A DNA stretch of 32,000 nt from NCBI RefSeq assembly GCF_037902255.1, contig NZ_CP147990.1:240001-272000 (forward strand). The letters run 5' to 3'. Under the pieces are notes generated by a model. That model was not told the DNA's origin. It ran no database searches and worked only from the letters and a program-made list of their open reading frames with translations. The stretch is from Candidatus Electrothrix sp. GW3-4. GTDB lineage: Bacteria > Desulfobacterota > Desulfobulbia > Desulfobulbales > Desulfobulbaceae. The position numbers and the translations under genes were made by a program. How positions within the stretch are numbered: position 1 is the first letter of the stretch; each line of letters begins with the position of its first letter. Positions 24,709-32,000 of this stretch are shown piece by piece.

Positions 24709-26004
24709 TCAGGAGGATTTTGTGAGTTGTTGAAAAAATTGTTCTGCCTCTGCCCGTTGCTCTGTGGAACAGGTTTTCTCGAATTCATTTTTGCGCTGTT
24801 CCGCTTGCTTTCTAACCTCTTCCGGCAGGTCATTATCGGGCAGAAGGGCCAGGGCATACCAGGCAAGGGCAAGGGCAGGGTTGGCTGGTATGCCCTGGCC
24901 CAGGCGATAACAGTCTGCAAGGTGCAGCTGGGCAAGACCGTAGTTGAGCTGGGCTGCATAACTCAACCATTCAAAGCCAAGTTGCGGGTCCGGCGGCACC
25001 CCTTGGTCGCCCTGTTGAAAAAGAAGGGCCAGATTATAGGCGGCAAGGCCGTGGCCCTGGTTTGCCGCCTCGGTGAACCAACGAATGGCCTCTGGGATGT
25101 TACCTTTGACCTCCCAGACGGGGTCACCGTCGATATAGCGGAAGGCCGTCTCCATTTGGGCCTGGAGATCACCTGCTGCTGCCCTTTTCTGGAGGTTCTC
25201 CCAGGCACTTTCCCGAAACTCGGCCCCGTTAAACATCTTGCGGAGATGGGCGCGGTAGCAGTGGAGTTCCTCAAGGCTCACGGGTAAGAGGCCGAGAAAA
25301 AGAGGCGTTTGGTCCAGAAAGCCTGCGGCATCCAGGGCGGCATGGGAGAGCATAGGGGGCTTGCCCGTCCGTCGTGCCGATGCCTGCTCAACGGCCTGGA
25401 GTGGATGCGGTTCTTCTGAGAGCTGGCCAAGCAGTGAGGGGAAGCTGAGCTGCTGTATCCCGTGTTTATCCTTGAGCAGGACCTTGGAGATACGGTAGCT
25501 TCCGTCCTCCTGCGGACAGGCATAGATGCCGCCAGTGAGGATTTCCTCTTCTTGGGTGATGGATGCTCCTGGCGGGACACATCCCGTGCTGGCATGGACA
25601 AGGCGATTCAGCCAGTAGAGGGCTTTCCTGGTGTCTCTGAGCAGGTCAACCCCGATAAGATAGCGGTCTACCAAGGCGGCCATGGCATGCTGATCATAAC
25701 GCCAGGCTGCATAGGAACCGGCTTTTTTCAGCCAATCAGGGGCCTGTTCATCAAGGCAATCAAAGACCGAGTCGACATAGATGCGATAGCCGGTAAAATC
25801 ATGTTCCGCCAGGGGGCGTTGTCCGAGCAAGACTGTATTGGCGGCAAAAACAGCTCTGGGGATCGGAAGGTGTTCAAGGCCAAAGGAACCATCTTCTTTG
25901 TTCAGACCAACAGTCAGGTCCTGTTCTGTCATTTCTTGGGGAAGCTGGGCAGAGCGTTTGGCAAAGCAAAGCACATGCACGAGCTGCTCTTCAGCATAAA
26001 TCAC
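24709..26004 (-). CDS. Sel1-repeat (SLR/TPR-like) protein, main body (continues ORF 26001-26342 after a frameshift)
   Basis: C-terminal Sel1 repeats (AAAGDLQAQMETAFRY..., EAIRWFTEAANQGHGLAAYNLALLFQQG, EWLSYAAQLNYGLAQLHLADCYRLGQG, LALAWYALA). The frame is open upstream of its GTG start, back to 26062. Confidence 0.8.
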   Translation of the reverse strand: MIYAEEQLVHVLCFAKRSAQLPQEMTEQDLTVGLNKEDGSFGLEHLPIPRAVFAANTVLLGQRPLAEHDFTGYRIYVDSVFDCLDEQAPDWLKKAGSYAAWRYDQHAMAALVDRYLIGVDLLRDTRKALYWLNRLVHASTGCVPPGASITQEEEILTGGIYACPQEDGSYRISKVLLKDKHGIQQLSFPSLLGQLSEEPHPLQAVEQASARRTGKPPMLSHAALDAAGFLDQTPLFLGLLPVSLEELHCYRAHLRKMFNGAEFRESAWENLQKRAAAGDLQAQMETAFRYIDGDPVWEVKGNIPEAIRWFTEAANQGHGLAAYNLALLFQQGDQGVPPDPQLGFEWLSYAAQLNYGLAQLHLADCYRLGQGIPANPALALAWYALALLPDNDLPEEVRKQAEQRKNEFEKTCSTEQRAEAEQFFQQLTKSS

Positions 26005-26342
26005 CTTGGCGATCCAGTACGGGCCATCTTCTTGTTCGCGAACAGCATAGAGCCCCCGGTAATGATATCATCCTCAGTCCTTGCCTCGGGCTCCTCCTGA
26101 CCGCATCTCTCCTGTTCATCATCAGCTCCGGCGGCAGGAAACCATTGGTCCATCCCCTCTGGTTCTGGTCCTGTGGTGAGATCTTCCCCAGAAACGGTTT
26201 GTTGAGCTGAGGCCGTCTGGTTGTTTTGCTCTTGTTTGCCAGGCGATACTGGTTCTTCTGGAGAATTTTCCAAAGAACGAAAAAGCCCCGTAAGAAAGGT
26301 TGTAATACTTTTCATCACCCCGTGTTGTTTTGCAAACGACAT
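26001..26342 (-). CDS. N-terminal fragment of the Sel1-repeat protein (frame broken at C5 run 26053-26057)
   Basis: MSFAKQHGVMKSITTFLTGLF... is an acidic, low-complexity linker ending ...TEDDIITGG. Adding one C/G at 26053-26057 continues it as GLYAVREQEDGPYWIAKVIYAEEQLVHVLCF, in the frame of ORF 24709-26004. Confidence 0.6.
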   Translation of the reverse strand: MSFAKQHGVMKSITTFLTGLFRSLENSPEEPVSPGKQEQNNQTASAQQTVSGEDLTTGPEPEGMDQWFPAAGADDEQERCGQEEPEARTEDDIITGGSMLFANKKMARTGSPR

Positions 26343-26617
26343 AATAATCCTTATCTGGTAAGGAGGTTGTGTGAAGTTATTGTTACGGCCTGTTCCGACG
26401 GACCAACTCGGACAATGTAGGGTGAAATTCAGGAGATGTCAATCAAACATAATGGGATTGTCTCATCCTGGGCCGAATCTATGACCGTCTTGACGGTGTT
26501 ATTGGTATAATATATTGTTTCTGCGAGTGATAGAGAGTGTTTTTTTTGCTCCATCCTTGTGTTCTTTGCCGTACCCTGTAAAGTACCTGCAAGAAAAAAT
26601 TCAACCAGCGAGCAATC

Positions 26618-29293
26618 ATGGGCAAGCATTATCTGAACAAACTGTTTGAACCGAACGCCGTTGCCGTCTTTGGCGCCAGCGACCGTGAGGGAGCGGTGGG
26701 AAACCTGGTCTTTAAGAATATGATCGAAGGCGGTTTTAAAGGCAATGTGTTTCCCGTTAATCCAAAACATAAAAAGGTGCAGGGCCGCAAGGCCTTTCCT
26801 GATCTCAAAGGTATTGGCAAACCGGTTGATCTTGCCGTAATTACCACCCCAGCAGCCACCGTGCCTGGGATCATTGAGGCCTGTGGTGATTATGGGATCA
26901 AGGATGCCGTGGTCATCTCGGCAGGCTTTCGTGAGGTTGGCCCGCAGGGCCTGAAGCTGGAACGGGCCGTGATCGAAAACGCCCATCGCTATGGGATGCG
27001 GATTATGGGGCCCAACTGCTTAGGCCTGATGCGACCGAGCACTGGGCTTAACTGTACCTTTAATAAGGGGAGTGCCGAAGAGGGCAGTATTGCCCTGGTC
27101 TCTCAATCCGGGGCCCTGTGTACGGCCATCCTGGACTGGGCAGCAGCCAATAATATCGGCTTTTCTGCGGTGGTCTCCACCGGTATCTCTGCAGATATTG
27201 ATTTTGGCGATATTCTTGACTATCTGGTCAGTGATCCCAAGACCAAGAGTATCCTCCTCTACATCGAGGGGATCCATGATGCCCTCTCTTTTATGAGTGG
27301 GTTGCGGGCCGCAGCCCGGATTAAGCCGGTGATTGCCCTCAAGGTGGGTCGCCATGCCACGGGCTCCAAGGCGGCCATGTCCCATACCGGGGCCCTGGTC
27401 GGGTCCGATGATGTCTTTGACAGCGCCTTGCGTCGGGCCGGGGTGGTGCGGGGTATCCGCATTGCCAATCTCTTTTCTGCGGCTGGCACCCTGACTTATC
27501 CCATTAAGGCAGCAGGTGATCGTCTGGTGATCATCACTAACGGGGGCGGGCCTGGGGTGATGGCCACGGATCGTCTGGCTGATGTTGGCCTGCCTCTGGC
27601 CGAGTTGAGTCCAATAACCATGAAGCGGTTGGACGAGGTCCTGCCCGCGACCTGGTCCAACAATAATCCGGTGGATATTATCGGGGATGCAACCCCGGAA
27701 CGGTATACCCAGGCCGTGGAGATCTGCATGCGGGATCCGGGGGTGGACGGGCTGTTGGTCCTGTTGACACCCCAGGCCATGACCGATCCTGCCGGGGTGG
27801 CGCAGGCCCTGATTGGCCTGAAGACCGGCGGGAAACCGCTTCTTACTTGCTGGATGGGCGAGATCCAGGTGGCTGAAGGACGCCGCATCCTCCGTGAGGC
27901 AGATATCCCCACCTTTAATACCCCGGAAACAGCCATAGATGCCTTCTCCTATCTGGTCAACTATAGCCGCAACCAGAAACTCCTGCTGGAGACCCCGGGT
28001 CCCATGTCCCGGGACAAGGCCCCGGACGTGGAAGGGGCCCGTCTGATTATTGAGAGCGTGCTGGGTGAAGGCCGCAAGGTCCTCAGTGAGGCTGAGTCCA
28101 AGGCCGTGCTCCATGCCTTTCGCATCTCCACGGCCAGCGCCAGTATTGTCCGCTCCCCTAATGAGGCCCTGGTCCAGGCAGAGACCATTGGCTTTCCCAT
28201 TGCCCTCAAGATCAACTCTCCGGATATCACCCATAAATCCGATGCCGGTGGAGTACGGCTGGGGATCACCAATGCCCGGGCCGCCCGCAGCGCCTATAAC
28301 GAGATGCTGGAGGAGGTGCAGAAGAATCGCCCGGAGGCCCGGCTCGACGGGGTGACCATCGAACCCATGTTTCAGCGTCCCAACGGTCGGGAGCTCCTGG
28401 TCGGCCTGGTTACGGATCCCGTCTTTGGCCCGGTGATTACCTTTGGGGCGGGCGGCACCACCGTGGAGGTGATGGGGGATCGGGCTGTGACCCTGCCGCC
28501 CTTGAACCGGCGCCTGGTGCGGGACCTGATCAGCCGGACCAGGGTCTCCAAGCTGCTTGGCGCTTTCCGCCATATGCCTGCGGTGGACATTGAATCCCTG
28601 GAGCAGATTCTGCTCCGGGTCTCGGAGATCGCCTGTGAACTGCCCCTGGTCAAGGAGCTGGACATCAATCCCCTGATCGTGGATGAGAACGGGGCTATTG
28701 CCGTGGATGCCCGGATTGTGGTGGATTATCATGTCCAGACCGGTGATCGCTACAGCCATATGGCCATCTATCCCTACCCGGCCCATCTGGTCACTAAACG
28801 GCAGCTGCCCAACGGTACCGATATGGTGATCCGGCCCATCCGCCCGGAGGATGCAGAGATTGAGCAGGCCTTTGTCCGTAATCTCTCTGAGCAGGCCAAG
28901 TACTTTCGCTTCATGCAGACCCTGACCGAGCTCAGCCCCCAGATGCTGACCAGCTTCACCCAGATCGATTATAACCGGGAGATGGCCCTGATCGCGGTGG
29001 TGGAAGAGAATGACAAGGAAACGGAGATCGGGGTGGCCCGTTATATCATCAATCCGGACGGCAAGAGTTGCGAGTTTGCCATTGTTATCTCCGATCAATG
29101 GCAGCGTCAGGGCATTGCCCATCTCCTGATGCGGCATCTCATTGATACGGCCCGCAGTCATGGGATGCAGACCATGGAAGGGGATGTGCTGCGCAATAAT
29201 AATGAGATGCTCCGTCTGGTGACCAAGCTCGGTTTTACGATCAGTCCTAATCGGGCGGATGCCGATCTGGAGCATGTGGTGTTGCGGATGTAG
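26618..29293 (+). CDS. pat: bifunctional ADP-forming acetyl-CoA synthetase-like / GNAT protein lysine acetyltransferase (Pat/YfiQ type)
   Basis: 891 aa. CoA-binding N-terminus (LFEPNAVAVFGASDREGAVG), ligase-CoA and ATP-grasp regions, and a C-terminal GNAT (FAIVISDQWQRQGIAHLLMRHLID). Same architecture and length as the enterobacterial Pat/YfiQ. Confidence 0.93.
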   Translation: MGKHYLNKLFEPNAVAVFGASDREGAVGNLVFKNMIEGGFKGNVFPVNPKHKKVQGRKAFPDLKGIGKPVDLAVITTPAATVPGIIEACGDYGIKDAVVISAGFREVGPQGLKLERAVIENAHRYGMRIMGPNCLGLMRPSTGLNCTFNKGSAEEGSIALVSQSGALCTAILDWAAANNIGFSAVVSTGISADIDFGDILDYLVSDPKTKSILLYIEGIHDALSFMSGLRAAARIKPVIALKVGRHATGSKAAMSHTGALVGSDDVFDSALRRAGVVRGIRIANLFSAAGTLTYPIKAAGDRLVIITNGGGPGVMATDRLADVGLPLAELSPITMKRLDEVLPATWSNNNPVDIIGDATPERYTQAVEICMRDPGVDGLLVLLTPQAMTDPAGVAQALIGLKTGGKPLLTCWMGEIQVAEGRRILREADIPTFNTPETAIDAFSYLVNYSRNQKLLLETPGPMSRDKAPDVEGARLIIESVLGEGRKVLSEAESKAVLHAFRISTASASIVRSPNEALVQAETIGFPIALKINSPDITHKSDAGGVRLGITNARAARSAYNEMLEEVQKNRPEARLDGVTIEPMFQRPNGRELLVGLVTDPVFGPVITFGAGGTTVEVMGDRAVTLPPLNRRLVRDLISRTRVSKLLGAFRHMPAVDIESLEQILLRVSEIACELPLVKELDINPLIVDENGAIAVDARIVVDYHVQTGDRYSHMAIYPYPAHLVTKRQLPNGTDMVIRPIRPEDAEIEQAFVRNLSEQAKYFRFMQTLTELSPQMLTSFTQIDYNREMALIAVVEENDKETEIGVARYIINPDGKSCEFAIVISDQWQRQGIAHLLMRHLIDTARSHGMQTMEGDVLRNNNEMLRLVTKLGFTISPNRADADLEHVVLRM

Positions 29294-29394
29294 GTCGTCA
29301 GGAGCGTTATGCTCAGGGTGTGCCTCTGGGCTTGTCCATACAGATCTGCAAGAGACTGCATTGACCCGTTCACCTATTGGTCATTCTAAAGAAA

Positions 29395-30033
29395 ATGGAT
29401 ATGAAAATACCTTACGGAATCAGTAACTTTAAGTCGCTTCTCGAAGAGGGGTATCTCTATATTGACAAGACCGCCTTTATAGAAACGCTCGAAGAATACG
29501 GTAAATACAATATCCTGCTCCGTCCTCGCCGCTTCGGCAAGAGTCTCTTTATCTCCAGTCTGTGGTATTATTATGATATCAGCTTCAAAGAAGAATTTGA
29601 TGCGCTTTTCGGCCACCTTGCCGTAGGGGAAAATCCCACCCTGCTCCACAACAGCTATCAGATCCTCGCCTTTGATTTCAGCGGGATAGCCACCGGCGAC
29701 GTTGCAACCGTTCTCCGCAATTTTACCGGCAGGGTCGAATCCTGTCTGCTTGATTTTTTGGAGCGGTATGATTACGGCCCTGAGGCCGCCGCTGAGATCA
29801 GGGCCAAAGAAAGTCCGCAGGAAAAAGTGGACTGCCTGTTTCGCCTTTGCCGGGGAAAAAAGTTTATCTGCTCATTGACGAGTATGACCATTTCGCCAAT
29901 GCGGTTCTCGGTGAGAGCCTGGAAATGTTCACGGAAATTATCGGCAAGGGAGGCGTTGTCCGGGCCTTTTATGAAACGATCAAAATTGCGGCAGGCCGGG
30001 GAACAGTGGATCGCCTCTTTGTTACCGGTGTGA
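29395..30033 (+). CDS. AAA-ATPase_like domain protein, N-terminal fragment (frame broken near 29852-29861)
   Basis: MDMKIPYGISNFKSLLEEGYLYIDKTAFIETLEEYGKYNILLRPRRFGKSLFISSL is the signature N-terminus of the predicted AAA-ATPase (DUF1703-associated) family. After CRGKK the frame loses homology. Confidence 0.8.
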   Translation: MDMKIPYGISNFKSLLEEGYLYIDKTAFIETLEEYGKYNILLRPRRFGKSLFISSLWYYYDISFKEEFDALFGHLAVGENPTLLHNSYQILAFDFSGIATGDVATVLRNFTGRVESCLLDFLERYDYGPEAAAEIRAKESPQEKVDCLFRLCRGKKFICSLTSMTISPMRFSVRAWKCSRKLSAREALSGPFMKRSKLRQAGEQWIASLLPV

Positions 30034-31094
30034 CCTCCATTACCCTGGACAGCATGACCAGCGGCTTTAATATCGGCGACAACATCACCTATCATCGGGA
30101 TTTCAACCAGGCGATGGGCTTTACCGGCCATGAAGTGAAAGAGATGATTCGACCTTTTGTTGATGCCTGCGGGCTTGACAATCAGGAGATGATGGGCACA
30201 CTCGGCAGATGGTATAACGGCTACCGTTTCAGCAGTCGCGTCGATGAGAAGATTTTTAACCCGGACATGGTGCTGTATTTCCTCAGGCATTTTGACATGG
30301 GTGAGTGCTGTTTCCCGGAGCGAATGCTGGACGACAATATCGCCTCAGACTACGGAAAGATTATGCGGCTCTTCGGGATCGGCGACCGGGAGAGTAATTT
30401 TCAGACCCTTGAGGAGTTGATCGTCAACGGCGAAATCGTCGGACGGCATAAGGGGAAACTTGACCTGGACATGAACAAGCCCTTTGAGCGCAACGACTTT
30501 ATCAGTCTGCTCCTCTCTATGGGTTTTATTACCCTCAGCGGCACTGTGCTCAGTCAGTACCGTTATAAGGTGCCCAATTATGTTATTCAGAAGCTGTATT
30601 ATGATTATTTCAGAGCGGAGATTGAGCGGCGTAGCCGGATTACGGTTTCAAGCCGTGCTGTTGAAAACGCTGTCGCCGAACTGGCCCTGCATAATAATAT
30701 CAAGCCGCTGATTGAGGAAATCGGCAGGGTGCTGGCCTTATTTTCCAATCGTGATTTCATGCGCATGGATGAAAAACACATCAAGGCTGTGATCCTGACT
30801 CTGCTGTACCAGTCTGAGGTCTATTTTATTCAGAGCGAGGCTGAGGTAAATAACCGCTACCCAGATATTCTCCTGCTAGAGCGCAACCCCATTGAGGTGC
30901 GCTATCAGTTTCTCTTTGAGCTGAAATACAGTAAGAAAAAGGAGGGTCAGCGTGGCCTGGAGGAAAAACGAGCTGAAGGAATTACGCAGGTCAGGGCATA
31001 TCAGGAGCTTGCGGAGATCAGGAAGCTGCCTAAGCTGAAGTCCTACCTCCTGCTCACTGATGGCAGTGCGATTGAGGCGGTGGAGGTTGGGTGA
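29847..31094 (+). CDS. AAA-ATPase_like / PD-(D/E)XK (PDDEXK_9, DUF1703) protein, C-terminal part
   Basis: GKKVYLLIDEYDHFAN (Walker B-like), VTGVTSITLDSMTSGFN, then a C-terminal nuclease-like core (HIKAVILTLLYQ...YFIQSEAEVNNRYPDILLLE...FELKYSK). One extra base in GGGGAAAAAA (29852-29861) joins it to the 29395 ORF (..LFRLCRGKKVYLLIDEYD..). Confidence 0.85.
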   Translation: MPGKKVYLLIDEYDHFANAVLGESLEMFTEIIGKGGVVRAFYETIKIAAGRGTVDRLFVTGVTSITLDSMTSGFNIGDNITYHRDFNQAMGFTGHEVKEMIRPFVDACGLDNQEMMGTLGRWYNGYRFSSRVDEKIFNPDMVLYFLRHFDMGECCFPERMLDDNIASDYGKIMRLFGIGDRESNFQTLEELIVNGEIVGRHKGKLDLDMNKPFERNDFISLLLSMGFITLSGTVLSQYRYKVPNYVIQKLYYDYFRAEIERRSRITVSSRAVENAVAELALHNNIKPLIEEIGRVLALFSNRDFMRMDEKHIKAVILTLLYQSEVYFIQSEAEVNNRYPDILLLERNPIEVRYQFLFELKYSKKKEGQRGLEEKRAEGITQVRAYQELAEIRKLPKLKSYLLLTDGSAIEAVEVG

Positions 31095-31291
31095 GGTGCT
31101 TTTGAAAATATGAAGCGGCATAGAAGATCAATAGGGTCAAATCAATCGAGTCTGACTCTATTGATTCTACACGGCAAACGCATGACTTGCTCAATAACTC
31201 CTGAAAGTTAACCGACCTTATAAATAATACGTGTGCTTCGCTTACCCTGGCTTTATAAGTGTCTTCCAAGATAAATTTCCAGGAGGCCAAC

Positions 31292-31848
31292 ATGACGGAG
31301 CCCGCTACAGCCGGTATTATAGAACACTTTGCAGTTTTGTCCGATCCGCGTATACATATTAACTCAACTTTCTGAGTTGATCAACCTGCCGTTATGTCGA
31401 TAAAAATGCATCGAATAGCCTTTTTAACAGAAAAAGACACCTCTGAAATCATTGCACTTTTTCATAAAATAATTGCAATTGAGCATAGTGTAATTAATAA
31501 TCAATGCGGCTGATGGCACCATATACCTTCGTAAATTCGGCACGATACATTAATTCAGAAAGTTGAGATATTAAAAAGAACGAGCATAAGCTCATTGATA
31601 TATCGCGGCGGTGATTTGCGATAGCTGTCAAAGGTAATCAACCGGGCCTGTTTCAGGCTGTTGACGATATTTTCGGCAGCGCAAGTGTAGAAAAACTGGA
31701 CAGTTCCGAGTTTGATTTTCAACGCAGCGACAATACAGACTACGGTCGCAATGAGATTCGCTGGTATCTGATGAGTGATAATTTGGAAGCAATCCCCATG
31801 CGTTGGGAATGGGACGGATGCCATGCAGGGATCGTTATGTACAATTAA
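31292..31848 (+). pseudogene. ISAs1-family transposase relic (MITE-interrupted, internally deleted, 3'-truncated)
   Basis: The N-terminus MTEPATAGIIEHFAVLSDPRIHI.. (DPR motif) is interrupted at 31363. After removing 31363-31574 the frame continues KKNEHKLIDI (compare the E. coli H-repeat protein PDYRQAWKVEHKLSDIL). Downstream, 31615-31848 reads FAIAVKGNQPGLFQAVDDIF...DYGRNEIRWYLMSD...WEWDG (compare LFAVKGNQGRLNKAFEEKF...HGREEIRLHIVCD...FEWKG). About 170 aa of the middle and the C-terminal third are missing. Confidence 0.7.
31363..31567. mobile_element. 205-bp MITE-like non-autonomous element with 13-bp perfect TIRs and a 7-bp target-site duplication
   Basis: Left TIR CTCAACTTTCTGA (31363-31375) and right TIR TCAGAAAGTTGAG (31555-31567) are exact reverse complements. 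They are flanked by the direct repeat ATATTAA (31356-31362 and 31568-31574). The interior is AT-rich and non-coding. In-silico excision restores the transposase reading frame and its conserved motif. Confidence 0.65.
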
Positions 31849-31853
31849 AGAGA

Positions 31854-32000
31854 ATGAAAAGAACAAGATTTGAAGAATTAGATGTATTGAGAGGTTTAGC
31901 CGCTATAATGGTAGTTTTTTTCCATTATACAATGGGTAGAAATCAAGCCGATTTGGGCTTTAAATTAGGAACAACTGGAGTAGATTTATTTTTTATAATT
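31854..32000 (+). CDS. acyltransferase family 3 (OafA/YrhL-like) membrane protein (partial, N-terminus only)
   Basis: MKRTRFEELDVLRGLAAIMVVFFHYTMGRNQADLGFKLGTTGVDLFFII matches the family N-terminus (LDxLRGxAAxxVxxxH ... GVDLFF). It runs off the window end. AT-rich. Confidence 0.7.
   Translation, partial: MKRTRFEELDVLRGLAAIMVVFFHYTMGRNQADLGFKLGTTGVDLFFII

Noticed and set aside
17116-26100. Long opposite-strand ORFs across the redox cluster and the TraB/Sel1 genes (17116-17850, 18436-19224, 19972-20664, 22040-22726, 24268-25287, 25462-26100).
   Set aside because: Each overlaps a gene with clear family motifs on the other strand. None has an RBS, a recognisable domain or plausible composition.
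27020-29275. 751-aa minus-strand ORF.
   Set aside because: Antisense shadow of the Pat-like gene. Its composition is G/H/P/D/Q-rich and repetitive, with no domain, whereas the plus-strand protein is recognisable end to end.
31555-31866. The 103-aa minus-strand ORF initially looked like the C-terminus of an IS5-family transposase (..ENIVNSLKQARLITFDSYRK.. versus ..ENFFxxLKQFRxIATRYDK..).
   Set aside because: The plus strand of the same DNA gives a longer and much better match to an ISAs1 transposase (KGNQPGL..DYGRNEIRWY..WEWDG). It is also collinear with the ISAs1 N-terminus at 31292. The IS5 resemblance is short and coincidental.
1-32000. Scan for CRISPR arrays, tRNA, rRNA and large direct or tandem repeats.
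   Set aside because: I found no regularly spaced repeats, no tRNA-like T-loop or acceptor signatures, and no rRNA-like segments by eye. The only sizeable duplication is the tandem cytochrome paralog pair, which is reported separately.

Overview
Bacterial chromosomal window, Gram-negative type (tripartite RND efflux parts, periplasmic c-type cytochrome modules). It is mid/high GC by eye, with three sharply AT-rich patches at about 1040-1850, 10440-11935 and 31100-32000. No rRNA, tRNA or CRISPR array was seen.

Housekeeping or recognisable genes:
- SAM methyltransferase and an ABC-F ATPase.
- A TMEM43/DUF1625-like membrane protein.
- A 1086-aa RND permease.
- A LivK-type solute-binding protein.
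- A translationally coupled TetR-adaptor pair.
- A TraB/GumN protein and a Sel1-repeat protein.
- A Pat/YfiQ-type acetyl-CoA synthetase-GNAT fusion.
- An AAA-ATPase_like/PD-(D/E)XK protein.
- The start of an acyltransferase-3 gene.

Most interesting content:
1. An AT-rich single-gene cassette (10512-11909) encodes a cold-shock-domain / Orc-Cdc6-like P-loop ATPase / winged-helix fusion. I cannot place it in any named family. It lies inside a 5.5-kb accessory block that separates the TetR-adaptor pair from the RND permease.
2. That block also holds a graveyard of gene fragments: a truncated MNT nucleotidyltransferase, two Rpn-like 5' stubs, and a 40-codon nhaA piece.
3. A same-strand redox cluster (17206-23389) has a RACo-like 2Fe-2S/ASKHA protein, a zinc-ribbon/GltS-like FMN protein, and two tandem paralogs of a 4-TM protein with four repeated CxxCH modules. 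Copy 1 is decayed.
4. An ISAs1 transposase relic (31292-31848) carries a 205-bp TIR/TSD-bounded MITE-like insertion.

Four otherwise intact genes are broken by +/-1 shifts at homopolymer tracts. This may be assembly error rather than biology.
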